A DNA stretch of 64,000 nucleotides, taken from NCBI GenBank assembly GCA_963845535.1, contig CAWJSK010000019.1:192001-256000 (forward strand), written 5' to 3'. The notes beneath the pieces were generated by a model. That model saw only the letters and a program-made list of their open reading frames with translations, did no database searches and was not told where the DNA came from. Position 1 is the first letter of the stretch. The number at the start of each line of letters is the position of its first letter. A program made the translations under genes and the position numbers. This DNA comes from an uncultured Spirochaetota bacterium. Lineage in GTDB: Bacteria > Spirochaetota > Spirochaetia > SZUA-6 > Fen-1364. Shown here in pieces: positions 11,450-20,734 of the stretch.

Positions 11450-13405
11450 TCAGAGCTTTTCCGGAGGGACCACCGGGCCATGGGCCCTTTTCAGCGCTTC
11501 CAGGCCGCGCTTCTGCTCCTCGTAGACTTCGAACAGCCGGGGCGGCATCCTCGTATCCTTGCCGTACGCCTCCTGCTGCAGATTGATACGCGCGAGGATG
11601 TTATCTATATAGAAAGAGAATTGCTTGGTGTAGAGATCCTTGGGGTAGCCCTTTCCCACCGTCTCATCGAAAATGCGCCTCAGGTCGTCGTAGAGCGGTA
11701 TGAACCCAATGGGAGTCTCGATTGCTCCGACTTCGTCATGGGCGTACCTTTCCAGCCACGACAACCAGGCGCGAACGTCGCGTTTTTCCCCGAGGAGCTT
11801 GTTCAGGTCCCCGCCGCGCGCGCAGTCGACAAGGAAGTAGTTCAGGCCGGCGATGATGGGCCGTCCCAGCCTCGAGAGCTTCCGGGAGTTGAAAAACTGA
11901 AACTGCGCCTCCATGTAATCCCCGAGCGGGCACGGGATGAACGGAGAGTTTGCCCACGGCTGCCTGTTTACCCCTTTCGCGCCCACCTCCGTGGCAGTGG
12001 CCGCCGAAAGGATGGAGGCTCCAATCACGACTCCGTGGTCCGGATTCTTCGCAACCCAGACGGGCGGCATTGTATCGCTGTCCCTTCCGCTGTACGTGAT
12101 AACCTTGACTGGCACGCCGGCAGGGTCCCAGGCCACTTTTCGGTTGAAGTTCCCGATGGCGTCGTTTGTCAGGGTGATGCGTGCGTTCGGGTTGGAGACC
12201 GGAACCGGCTTTCCGTTCTTGTTTTTCTTTCCCGGCCACCATTCCCCCTGGAAGTTGTTGCCCTTTGACGGGAGAGGTTCACCGCTGCCGGCCCAGTGAG
12301 GAACGCCGTGTTCGTCCACCAGGACGTTCGACCAGATCACCTCCGTCACGGGCTCACGCATGCAGCGGTAAAGGTAGGGGTCCCCCTCCTTGTTCAAGTC
12401 CTCCACGATGCCGAAGATCCCGATCTCAGGGTTGACCGCGCGCAGGATGCCCTCTTTGTCGATCCAGAGCTGGGCCAGGTCATCCCCCACGTAATCCGTG
12501 CCCACCATGGCCGTGGTGGTCTTGCCGCATCCCGAGGGAGCGGCCCCGGCGAAGAACGTCTTCCTCCCGCCGGGACCAGTCATCCCCGTGATGAACATGT
12601 GCTCGGAGAGCTCCTGCTCCCTGCGGTAGTAGGTGCAGAGGTCCACGGCAAACCTGTGGTTCCCCTTCTTCAGCATCAGCGTGTTGCCCGCGTACGAGCA
12701 GTACATGCTGAACGTCGTGAACCAGCTTCGGTCCATGAAGATCCGCGCCTTGGAGATGTCCTCGGATTTGCCGCTCCCCTGGCTGTGGAGGTTCGTAAAG
12801 AACACACCGGCTCGTTCGACTTCGCTGTCGAAGTCCTCGAAGACATTGCGGTAGAGGATGTTCGCGCTGTGCAGGACGTACGCCGAGCTTGAGATCATGA
12901 GCGCGGGAACGGATGCCTGCGCGCCCATGGGCCCCCGGCTGTAGAACCCCACCAGCATGGTCTTTCCCCGCATGATGCCCGTCATGGTGGCGCGGACGTA
13001 ATCCAGGGCTTCCGCGCGGAGCATCTTCTTCGCCAGGACGCTCACCTCTTCACCCTCGTTGGCGATGTAGTAGGTCTGGTCGACCATGCGACCCTGGTCT
13101 TCCGGGAGGTCGAAGTGGATGGTGTGGTCCTTCATGGCGAGCGGGCACTCTTCTCCGGTCTCCAGGCTTATCCGTCGGCAGGCCGCCACGTCATCAGGGG
13201 AGGAGCCAATGACGAAGACCCGATCAGGAGCGCACATGGCGGCGGCGTTTGCGATCTTGATAAGGGCTCCCGCGGTGGAGATTCGGGCGATCTTTTCCCT
13301 GTTGGAAGCGTCCATAGAAGCGGCGAGGACGGAACGCGCCTCTTCCGCTGTCCGGATCCCTCCGACCTCAGAAAGGATGTCGACGCCCTTGTTCAGCTCA
13401 AGCAT
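11450..13405 (-). CDS. pckG: Phosphoenolpyruvate carboxykinase (GTP)
   Basis: YAGNTLMLKK, LSEHMFI, AAPSGCGKTT, VGDDLA, NPEIGIFG, PNARIT. Start MLELNK has a GAGGGGG RBS. Confidence 0.92.
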   Translation of the reverse strand: MLELNKGVDILSEVGGIRTAEEARSVLAASMDASNREKIARISTAGALIKIANAAAMCAPDRVFVIGSSPDDVAACRRISLETGEECPLAMKDHTIHFDLPEDQGRMVDQTYYIANEGEEVSVLAKKMLRAEALDYVRATMTGIMRGKTMLVGFYSRGPMGAQASVPALMISSSAYVLHSANILYRNVFEDFDSEVERAGVFFTNLHSQGSGKSEDISKARIFMDRSWFTTFSMYCSYAGNTLMLKKGNHRFAVDLCTYYRREQELSEHMFITGMTGPGGRKTFFAGAAPSGCGKTTTAMVGTDYVGDDLAQLWIDKEGILRAVNPEIGIFGIVEDLNKEGDPYLYRCMREPVTEVIWSNVLVDEHGVPHWAGSGEPLPSKGNNFQGEWWPGKKNKNGKPVPVSNPNARITLTNDAIGNFNRKVAWDPAGVPVKVITYSGRDSDTMPPVWVAKNPDHGVVIGASILSAATATEVGAKGVNRQPWANSPFIPCPLGDYMEAQFQFFNSRKLSRLGRPIIAGLNYFLVDCARGGDLNKLLGEKRDVRAWLSWLERYAHDEVGAIETPIGFIPLYDDLRRIFDETVGKGYPKDLYTKQFSFYIDNILARINLQQEAYGKDTRMPPRLFEVYEEQKRGLEALKRAHGPVVPPEKL

Positions 13406-13462
13406 TCCGCCCCCCTCGAAGTGTAAGCTGTTACGAGACTCGATTTTCGCTGTCCTGTCAAT

Positions 13463-13536
13463 TGCTTTATATGCTTTATCCATGCGTGCTTTGTCCGCGC
13501 GGTCCGCGCGCGCTTTGTCCAACGCGGTCCGCGCGC
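13463..13536. repeat. Direct repeats in the divergent PEPCK intergenic region
   Basis: YGCTTTRT occurs at 13463, 13472, 13487 and 13511. Near-duplication GCTTTGTCC(G/AA)CGCGGTCCGCGCGC at 13488-13511 and 13512-13536. Confidence 0.65.
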
Positions 13537-13612
13537 CTCCACGCGTTGGTCCTCCGGACGCGGTTCCCGCGCATGCTGCTGTTGGTATAGAATCGACCCC
13601 TGGGGAGGTTTC

Positions 13613-15370
13613 GTGGAAAACATCGCTTATGCCGTGCTGGACAGGAAAGTCATCATGCGGGTCAGGCGCCGCTTCTGCGAGACCCCTGACGAGTTGCTGC
13701 AAAGCGGCCTCTTCCGCGACGTCCTGCGCCGCTGCCTGCGGGAGCTGGCCCGGCGGGATTCGCCCATGCTTGCGTTCCTGGGCGGGAAGCACGAGCAGGA
13801 AGCCTCCCTCGATATCCTGATCCAGAGCCTCTCTTTCCTGACGAAGATCCCCCTTGCCCTCGTGCCGAACATCGTCGCCGGTGCCGCTTCGTTCCCGGAG
13901 CACCGCACGGGCCTGGCCGACTTCGTGGAATACCTCTACAACTTCTGGAGGAGCTTCGAGAGGTATGCTGTCTGCGACTCCGAGGGTGACGCGCTGGACA
14001 AGCGGCCGTACCGAACGTTCAACGAGACGGTGGAGAACTTCTCCCACCTCGTGCGCGGGGTCTACCGCGACGTCCAGGAGAACATCCAGGGGATGCACCC
14101 GCGCATCTACCGTCAGCTCCACGCCGGCGTGGAGATCTCTGCAATCGCGTTGACCCTGGATATCCCTCTGCCGCCGGGGCCCTACGAGAAGCTGCGCGGC
14201 GTTGCCATAATCCGCCAGATCCTTCTCAATCCGCCGCTGATCCTCGAGCCGCCCATGAACAAGCGCACCGGTTCCTTCATCCGCGTGCCGGAGAACCCGA
14301 TCGAACGCGTCACGGTGGACGCCTCCGACTGGTTGTGCTACCCCGCGCGCGTCGGAGACCTTCTTGTCCTCATCTATTTCCACAACACGTTCTTCGAGCT
14401 GGGCTTCTCTCTGTGCAACCTCTTCGAGATCGCTGATGACGCCGACCTGGGACGCGCTCCCGACGCCCTTTACATCTTCGGGGACCCGACGGACGGCCTT
14501 TCGGGGATCGCGGAGATGCCCACGGTATTCCATGACGACGCCGCCAACCGTCTCTTCGTTGCCGCCGTCCCCAACCGCAAGGAGTACGGGTACTTCGGTT
14601 ACCTCAAGAAGATGGTGCTCACCCTTCACAACGTCATCAAGATGAAGGCGGGACGGCTCCCGTTCCATGGGGCCCTGCTGTCCATCCAGCTCAAGGGCGG
14701 CAGGAGCGCGAACGTCCTCCTGATGGGTGACACGGGAGCGGGCAAGTCGGAGTCAATCGAAGCTTTTCGCGGCATGGCGGATGCGGAGATCCGCGACCTG
14801 TCCATCGTCGCGGACGACATGGGGTCCCTGGAGCTTCGTGAGGACGGCGTGATGGCGTACGGAACGGAGATTGGGGCCTTCCTTCGGCTGGACGACCTCA
14901 GCCCGGGGTTCGCCTTCGGGCAGATCGACCGCGCCATCATCATGAGCGCCAGCCGCACGAACTCCAGGATCGTGTTGCCTGTCTCGGACTACGCGCGCAT
15001 CATCCGCGGCGTCAAGCTGGACTATGTCCTGTATGCGAACAACTACGAGGAAGTGGATGAAGATCACCCCGTGCTGGAAAAGTTTAATGAGATGAACGAA
15101 GCCCTCAAGGTCTTCCGGGAGGGCACGTCCATGAGCAAAGGGACCACGACATCAACGGGCCTCGTCCACACGTACTTCGCGAACATCTTCGGGCCGCCGC
15201 AATACCGGGACCTGCATGAGAAGCTCGCCGTGCAGTTCTTCTCCGCCTTCTTCGCCACAGGGATTTTCGTGGGTCAGCTCAGGACGAGGCTCGGGATACC
15301 GGGCAAGGAAGCGGAAGGCCCGAAGGAGGCAGCGCGCCACCTCCTTCGGCTGATTGCGGACCGAGACTGA
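13613..15370 (+). CDS. Divergent PEP carboxykinase-like protein
   Basis: FGYLKKMVL, LPFHGA, P-loop MGDTGAGKSE, IVADDM, TEIGAF, TNSRIVLP. GTG start with GGGGAGG RBS. Confidence 0.8.
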   Translation: MENIAYAVLDRKVIMRVRRRFCETPDELLQSGLFRDVLRRCLRELARRDSPMLAFLGGKHEQEASLDILIQSLSFLTKIPLALVPNIVAGAASFPEHRTGLADFVEYLYNFWRSFERYAVCDSEGDALDKRPYRTFNETVENFSHLVRGVYRDVQENIQGMHPRIYRQLHAGVEISAIALTLDIPLPPGPYEKLRGVAIIRQILLNPPLILEPPMNKRTGSFIRVPENPIERVTVDASDWLCYPARVGDLLVLIYFHNTFFELGFSLCNLFEIADDADLGRAPDALYIFGDPTDGLSGIAEMPTVFHDDAANRLFVAAVPNRKEYGYFGYLKKMVLTLHNVIKMKAGRLPFHGALLSIQLKGGRSANVLLMGDTGAGKSESIEAFRGMADAEIRDLSIVADDMGSLELREDGVMAYGTEIGAFLRLDDLSPGFAFGQIDRAIIMSASRTNSRIVLPVSDYARIIRGVKLDYVLYANNYEEVDEDHPVLEKFNEMNEALKVFREGTSMSKGTTTSTGLVHTYFANIFGPPQYRDLHEKLAVQFFSAFFATGIFVGQLRTRLGIPGKEAEGPKEAARHLLRLIADRD

Positions 15371-15416
15371 TCGGCCTGCGTTGATCGGGCTGCGTTGATC
15401 GAGCTGCACTCATCGG
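15368..15416. repeat. 14-bp degenerate tandem repeat (~3.5 copies) between convergent genes
   Basis: TGATCGGCCTGCGT / TGATCGGGCTGCGT / TGATCGAGCTGCAC / TCATCGG. Confidence 0.75.
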
Positions 15417-15456
15417 AACGGAGTGGTCGGGGAGGTGGGCCCGGAGGCCGGTCCGC

Positions 15457-15798
15457 CTACCCGATTGCCACTTTCCCGGTCTCTCCGCTCCTGATGCGGA
15501 TGCAATCCTCCAAGGGGAGAACGAAAATCTTGCCGTCGCCGATGTTGCCGGTGCGCGCGCCTTTCACAATGGCATCCACGGTCGGCTTCACGTACGCGTC
15601 GTTCACGGCGATCTCCAGGCGCACCTTCTTGAGGAGCGTGCCGGCCTCCTTGACGCCGCGGTACACCTCGGTGACGCCCTTCTGACGTCCGCAGCCCAGG
15701 ACGTTCGTCACCGTCTTCAAATAGACCTCTTTCTTGTCCAGCTCCTGGAGCACGTCGTCGAGCCTATGGGGCTGGATGATCGCTATGATGAGTTTCAT
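15457..15798 (-). CDS. glnK: P-II nitrogen regulatory protein
   Basis: [37 protein letters not shown]; lies directly downstream of amt. Confidence 0.93.
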   Translation of the reverse strand: MKLIIAIIQPHRLDDVLQELDKKEVYLKTVTNVLGCGRQKGVTEVYRGVKEAGTLLKKVRLEIAVNDAYVKPTVDAIVKGARTGNIGDGKIFVLPLEDCIRIRSGETGKVAIG

Positions 15799-15818
15799 GC
15801 TTGCGTTCCTTCCTTGCA

Positions 15819-17063
15819 TCAGTCGATGAGCGTGTATGCGCTCTCCTTGTGCTGCGTGTTGTCGAGGCCAATCGCCTCGTCCTGCTCCTTGACGCGCAGC
15901 CCCATGGTCAGGTCGAGCACCTTGGCGATGATGAAAGTGACCACCGCGGCGTAGACGAGCACGGCCCCCGCGGCAATGGCGTTGACGACGAACTGGTGGG
16001 GGTTTCCGAAGAAGAGCCCGTCCGCTCCGCCCTGGTTGAAGATCTTCTGCGCAAACAGCCCCGTGGCCAGCGCGCCCACGGTCCCGCCGACGCCGTGGAC
16101 GCCGAATGCGTCCAGGGAATCATCATAGGCGAGCTTCTGTTTCACCACGGCCACCGCCACGTAGCACACGCACGCCACGATGAGACCGATGCACATGGCG
16201 GAGATGGGGGAGACAAACCCCGAGGCGGGCGTTATGGCAACGAGCCCAGCCACGGCGCCGGTCGCGGCCCCGAGGACCGTCGGCCTTTTCGTGATAAACC
16301 AGTCGATCACCACCCATCCGATTGCCGCGGCCGCCGTTGCCGTGTTCGTGTTGATGAAAGCCGTCACGGCGAGCTCGTTCGCCTGGAGCGCGCTTCCCGC
16401 GTTGAAGCCGAACCAGCCGAACCACAGGAGCGCCGCGCCGATCAGCGTGTACGTCATGTTGTGGGGCGGAGGCGTGATGCGCGGGAAGCCCGTCCGCCTG
16501 CCAATGATCAGCGCCACCACGAGCGCGGAAATCCCCGAAGACATGTGCACCACGGTCCCTCCCGCAAAATCCAGGGCGCCGAGGTTGTGGAGCCATCCGT
16601 CCTTGCCCCACACCCAGTGGGCAACGGGATCATAGACGAGCGTGGCCCACACGAGAGTGAACACCACGAAGGTCGAAAACTTGATTCTCTCCGCATACGC
16701 CCCCGTGATGAGCGCCGGTGTGATGACGGCGAACATCATCTGGAAGAGCATGTAGAGCTGGTGGGGGATGGTGGGCGCGTAGTCGGGGTTCGGGGTCAGG
16801 CCGACTCCGTGGAGCCCCAGCCAGGACAGGTTCCCGAACAGGTGCCCGACGTCGGGGCCGAACGCAATGCTGTAGCCCCAAAGGATCCACTGGATGCTGA
16901 TGACGGCCAGGATGAAGAAGGACTGCATCATGGTGGACAGGACGTTTTTCCGCCGAACAAGGCCGCCGTAGAACAGGGCGAGCCCCGGCGCCGTCATGAG
17001 AAGCACCAGCGCGGTGGATACAAGCACCCACGCTGTGTCGCCGGAGTTGATGGTTGGCTGCAT
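15819..17063 (-). CDS. amtB: Ammonium transporter
   Basis: [62 protein letters not shown]. Confidence 0.97.
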   Translation of the reverse strand: MQPTINSGDTAWVLVSTALVLLMTAPGLALFYGGLVRRKNVLSTMMQSFFILAVISIQWILWGYSIAFGPDVGHLFGNLSWLGLHGVGLTPNPDYAPTIPHQLYMLFQMMFAVITPALITGAYAERIKFSTFVVFTLVWATLVYDPVAHWVWGKDGWLHNLGALDFAGGTVVHMSSGISALVVALIIGRRTGFPRITPPPHNMTYTLIGAALLWFGWFGFNAGSALQANELAVTAFINTNTATAAAAIGWVVIDWFITKRPTVLGAATGAVAGLVAITPASGFVSPISAMCIGLIVACVCYVAVAVVKQKLAYDDSLDAFGVHGVGGTVGALATGLFAQKIFNQGGADGLFFGNPHQFVVNAIAAGAVLVYAAVVTFIIAKVLDLTMGLRVKEQDEAIGLDNTQHKESAYTLID

Positions 17064-17106
17064 CGATTCCTCCTCTATTTGATTGAAGAATTAATGCAGG
17101 TAGAAA

Positions 17107-17123
17107 AGCAATTATCGTGCCAA
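17107..17123 (-). promoter_or_regulatory. sigma54 -24/-12 promoter of amt-glnK
   Basis: Minus strand reads TTGGCACGATAATTGCT, a perfect match to TGGCAC-N5-TTGC, 44 nt upstream of the amt start. Confidence 0.9.
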
Positions 17124-17127
17124 GGCT

Positions 17128-18687
17128 TTAGCTTCTGAATCTCTTCGGTTCGATCTGGTACCTGTGCACGCGTAGTCCCATGATGCGTTCGGTGATCCCC
17201 AGGGAAGCGGCCGCTGCCGCCATGTTCCCTCGAGAGGATTTCAACGCTTCCATCAACAGTTCCTTCTCCACCGTCTCCAGCGCTGCCGTCAGGGTGCCCC
17301 GGGGGACCGTCCCGCTGGATTCCGCTGTCTGGAGCGAAGGCGGGAGGTGATGCCCGTGGATCACCTCGTCATCGCTCAGAAGCACGGCCCGCTCAATGCA
17401 GTTCTCCAGCTCCCGAACGTTGCCGGGCCAGTGGTATGCCATCAACATGTCAATGGCGGGCGTGGAGATGCGGATCACGTTCTTGTGGTTCTGCCTGGCG
17501 TAGCGCTCCACGAAATAGTCGGCCAGGAGCAGAATGTCGGTGCGCCTCTCCCGCAAAGGCGGGATGTGGATGGGGAAGACGTTCAGCCGGTAATACAGGT
17601 CCTGCCGGAACTGCTCCGTCTCGATGAGCTTCTCCAAGTCCCTGTTGGTGGCGGCTATCACGCGAACGTCCGTCTTGATGGTGAGCGTTCCGCCGACCCG
17701 TTCGAACTCGCGCTCTTGCAGGACCCTGAGGAGCTTGATCTGCATGGCAGGCGACAGGTCTCCAATCTCATCCAGGAAAAGGGTGCCGCCCTGGGCAAGC
17801 TCGAACCGGCCTTTCCGCGTTGCAACGGCGCCCGTGAAGGCGCCCTTCTCATGACCGAACAGCTCGCTCTCGATCACCCCTTCGGGCAGCGCGGCGCAGT
17901 TCACCTTCACGAACGGCCGGGGCGCGCGCCGGCTGGCGTAATGGATGGCGTGGGCCACCAGCTCCTTTCCCGTGCCGCTTTCACCGCGCAGCAGCACCGT
18001 GGTGTCGCTTGCCGACACCTGCCCGATGAGCTGGTAGACGCTCTGCATGGCTTTTGAATTGCCGATGATGTTCGACGGCCGGTACCTGTCTTTCAGCTCG
18101 TCCTGCAGTCGCAGGTTCTCCTCCACGAGCCGCTCCCGCTCCTCCTGCGCGGACTGGCGCAGCCGCACGGCCTGGGCAATCAGTGAGCCGATGATGGAGA
18201 GGATCCGGGCCTCCTCCTGGAGGTAGGAGAAAGCGGCCACCGGCCTGTCCGCGCTCAAGGCCCCCACCACTTCCCTGCCCATCTTGATGGGCACGCAGAT
18301 GAAGGAAAGGTCCTCTCCGTCGCGCGTTCGCCGCGCCCCGGTGCGGTCCAGGAACTGCGGCTCCTCAGATATCTTGGGGACGATGGAGGCCTTGCCCGTC
18401 TGGATCACCTTGCCGGTGATGCCTTCCCCCAGCTTGTAGCGCCCCTTGCGCTTCTGCGTCACGGAAAGGCCGTAGGCGGACTCGATGGCGATCTCACCGG
18501 TCTGCCTGTTCAAGAGCGTCAGGGTGGCGAACTTCATCCCCAACGAGCGGGTAAGGGCTTCCAGGACAGGCTCGACGACGGTTCGCAGATCAAGGCTAGA
18601 ATCGAGGATCTGGCTGACCTCGAACAGCAGTGAGAGCTCTCCCGGTCCCCCGTTCGCCTCCACCCATCGTCTCCTCTCTGCGGACAT
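17128..18687 (-). CDS. NifA/AnfA/VnfA-family sigma54 activator (GAF-AAA+-HTH)
   Basis: N-terminal GAF ([14 protein letters not shown]), [62 protein letters not shown]. Confidence 0.92.
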   Translation of the reverse strand: MSAERRRWVEANGGPGELSLLFEVSQILDSSLDLRTVVEPVLEALTRSLGMKFATLTLLNRQTGEIAIESAYGLSVTQKRKGRYKLGEGITGKVIQTGKASIVPKISEEPQFLDRTGARRTRDGEDLSFICVPIKMGREVVGALSADRPVAAFSYLQEEARILSIIGSLIAQAVRLRQSAQEERERLVEENLRLQDELKDRYRPSNIIGNSKAMQSVYQLIGQVSASDTTVLLRGESGTGKELVAHAIHYASRRAPRPFVKVNCAALPEGVIESELFGHEKGAFTGAVATRKGRFELAQGGTLFLDEIGDLSPAMQIKLLRVLQEREFERVGGTLTIKTDVRVIAATNRDLEKLIETEQFRQDLYYRLNVFPIHIPPLRERRTDILLLADYFVERYARQNHKNVIRISTPAIDMLMAYHWPGNVRELENCIERAVLLSDDEVIHGHHLPPSLQTAESSGTVPRGTLTAALETVEKELLMEALKSSRGNMAAAAASLGITERIMGLRVHRYQIEPKRFRS

Positions 18688-18704
18688 GGAATCTCCTCAG
18701 AACC

Positions 18705-18770
18705 TACGAAATTGTAGCCTGGTGCCTCAAAAAGATACCGAAATGTAGTGCGCTTTCAATCCTCAGTCAA
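18705..18770 (-). promoter_or_regulatory. sigma70 promoter of the activator gene with two TAC-N6-GTA palindromes
   Basis: Minus strand TTGACT (18770-18765) -17 bp- TACATT (18747-18742). Palindromes TACgaaattGTA (18705-18716) and TACcgaaatGTA (18736-18747). Confidence 0.65.
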
Positions 18771-18818
18771 TCCTATCACGCTACCGCGCGCGGAGGCACG
18801 CGGGGCGCGCCGGTCGCG

Positions 18819-18847
18819 TTGACAATCGCCGCGGCTGTCCGTATAAA
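18819..18847 (+). promoter_or_regulatory. sigma70 promoter, probably leaderless
   Basis: TTGACA-17-TATAAA ending 5 nt before ATG 18853. Confidence 0.7.
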
Positions 18848-18852
18848 CAGGT

Positions 18853-20142
18853 ATGAACCCTCTGGCACAGGAGATGAATCAGCTCCTCGAAGGGAGCGTC
18901 GCGGGAGCGCTTCTCTCTGACCTGGGAAGACGCATCTATTTCCCCCGTGGCATTGTGGCGCAGTCAGCCGAGGCGAAGAAACACGCCAAGCGTGCAAATG
19001 CCACCATCGGAATGGCGCTGCGGGAAGGCAAACCCGTGTACCTGCCAGCAATCCGCTCTCTTATCCCCGATCTGGACCCCGAGGAGATCTTCCCGTACGC
19101 GCCGACGCAGGGGGTGGAGAAGCTCCGGGAGGCATGGAAAAAAGAGATCATCCAGAAGAACCCCGACATTGGCAGCACTCCTTTTTCCCTTCCGCTGGTC
19201 GTGCCGGGACTCACGGCGGGCATCTCGACGCTCGCTGACCTGTTTGCCGGACCGGGGGACACGCTCGTGATTCCGGACCTCTTCTGGGACAACTACCCGC
19301 TGATATTCGAGACGAGGCGGGAAGCCTCCATTCGGACTTTTCCTTTTTACTCGGAGCGGGGAGGATTCAATTCCGACGGTCTTCGGGCCGCGTTGCGCGC
19401 CGCTGCCGGGAAGAAGAAGGTCATCCTCCTGTTGAACTTCCCCAACAATCCAACCGGCTACTCGCTCACGAAGGATGAGGCGGGCGCCGTGGTCTCGATC
19501 ATCGGGGATCTGGCTGCTTCCGGAACGCGGTGTCTTGTCATTACGGACGACGCGTACTTTGGTCTTTTCTACGAACCAGACATCTATCCGCAGTCCCTGT
19601 TTGCCCGGCTGTGCGGTCTGCATGAGAACGTGCTGGCAGCCAAAGTGGACGGCTCCACGAAGGAAGACCTCACGTGGGGATTCCGCACGGCGTTCATCAG
19701 CCTCGGCGCCAAAGGGCTTGCCAAAGAGCAGTATGACGCCCTCACGAACAAGCTCATGGGCGCGGTCCGCTCCACGGTTTCCAACTCGAGCGTCCTGGCC
19801 CAGAACCTGATCCTCCGCGCCATCGCCAGTCCCTCCCGCCAGCGGGAAAAGGAAGAGGCCGCGGCGCTTCTTCGCCAGCGCTATCTGAAGGTGAAATCCA
19901 TCGTTGCAGACCGGGCAAGCGGCGCCATACAGCCGTTCCCTTTCAACTCCGGATACTTCATGAGCTTCCGGCTCACCCGGGGGGACGCGGAGAAGCTCCG
20001 CATGGCACTCCTCATGGAAGAGGGCGTCGGGACGATCGCCGTGAACGAAAAGTGCCTTCGCGTTGCCTTCTCACAATTGGACCTGGACAAGCTCGAGGAA
20101 GTATTCGAGGTGATCTACAAGACAGCGGAAAGGGTGCTGTAG
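18853..20142 (+). CDS. Class I/II PLP aminotransferase
   Basis: NATIGMA, NFPNNPTGY, DDAYFG, PLP-Lys region DGSTKEDLTWGFR. Confidence 0.9.
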   Translation: MNPLAQEMNQLLEGSVAGALLSDLGRRIYFPRGIVAQSAEAKKHAKRANATIGMALREGKPVYLPAIRSLIPDLDPEEIFPYAPTQGVEKLREAWKKEIIQKNPDIGSTPFSLPLVVPGLTAGISTLADLFAGPGDTLVIPDLFWDNYPLIFETRREASIRTFPFYSERGGFNSDGLRAALRAAAGKKKVILLLNFPNNPTGYSLTKDEAGAVVSIIGDLAASGTRCLVITDDAYFGLFYEPDIYPQSLFARLCGLHENVLAAKVDGSTKEDLTWGFRTAFISLGAKGLAKEQYDALTNKLMGAVRSTVSNSSVLAQNLILRAIASPSRQREKEEAAALLRQRYLKVKSIVADRASGAIQPFPFNSGYFMSFRLTRGDAEKLRMALLMEEGVGTIAVNEKCLRVAFSQLDLDKLEEVFEVIYKTAERVL

Positions 20143-20182
20143 GCCCTTTCGGGCATCCCTGCCCTCGGCGCAGCTCCGCCCT

Positions 20183-20210
20183 GCCTCCCGCACGGAATAC
20201 CGTGCTAGGG
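20183..20210 (-). repeat. REP-like palindromic element, copy 1
   Basis: Minus strand CCCTAGCACGG-TATT-CCGTGCGGGAGGC right after a TAG stop; matches the copy at 34671. Confidence 0.6.
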
Positions 20211-20690
20211 CTATGCGTTGACCAGGAAACGGCCGATATCCTTCAGCTCGGGAATCCGCTCGTAGACCGGGCGCTTCCTGTCATGCGCCTCACGGTCCAG
20301 GCTCGTGGTCTTCATGTACAGCTCGTTGATCTGGTCCGAAAGGACGCCGAGGTTGAGGGGGAAGTTCTGCGCCGCCATTTCCCTGAGAACCCTGTCCGCG
20401 TCAGTCCCGCCCTGGGCAATGATGCTCTTGAGGTTGGGAAGCATCTTCGTGCGCGCCTGATAGATGAAATGGGCCGCGGCAATGACCATCTCGTACAACT
20501 CTTCGAACTGGAAACCCTGATTCTTGTAGTACTCGGTTTTCGTGGTCAGGCTGTCCAGGCGGTCCCATTCGGATTGGGGCAAGTCCAGGAGGATAAGGAC
20601 CTTGCGAATGAATCTGTTGGAGATGTTGTTCTGGTAATGATCCCCGATTCGTTCGATTATCTTGAAGATCTCAGGATCCTTGATGTTCAC
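20211..20690 (-). CDS. Hypothetical protein (helical)
   Basis: 159-aa ORF with coding-like codon usage, GTG start and GAGAGGGG RBS. Confidence 0.75.
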   Translation of the reverse strand: MNIKDPEIFKIIERIGDHYQNNISNRFIRKVLILLDLPQSEWDRLDSLTTKTEYYKNQGFQFEELYEMVIAAAHFIYQARTKMLPNLKSIIAQGGTDADRVLREMAAQNFPLNLGVLSDQINELYMKTTSLDREAHDRKRPVYERIPELKDIGRFLVNA

Positions 20691-20734
20691 GGAGGCCCCT
20701 CTCCCCTAAAGCGTACCCGATGGGTGGAGTGCGG

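Noticed and set aside
13406..14668. 421-aa N-terminal extension of the 1072-aa PEPCK ORF
   Set aside because: It is the antisense shadow of the + strand PEPCK-like gene. The real start is MLELNK at 13405, with an RBS and a typical GTP-PEPCK length.
15368..15416. Possible mini CRISPR array
   Set aside because: Units are 14 bp and contiguous, with no spacers and no cas genes in the window.
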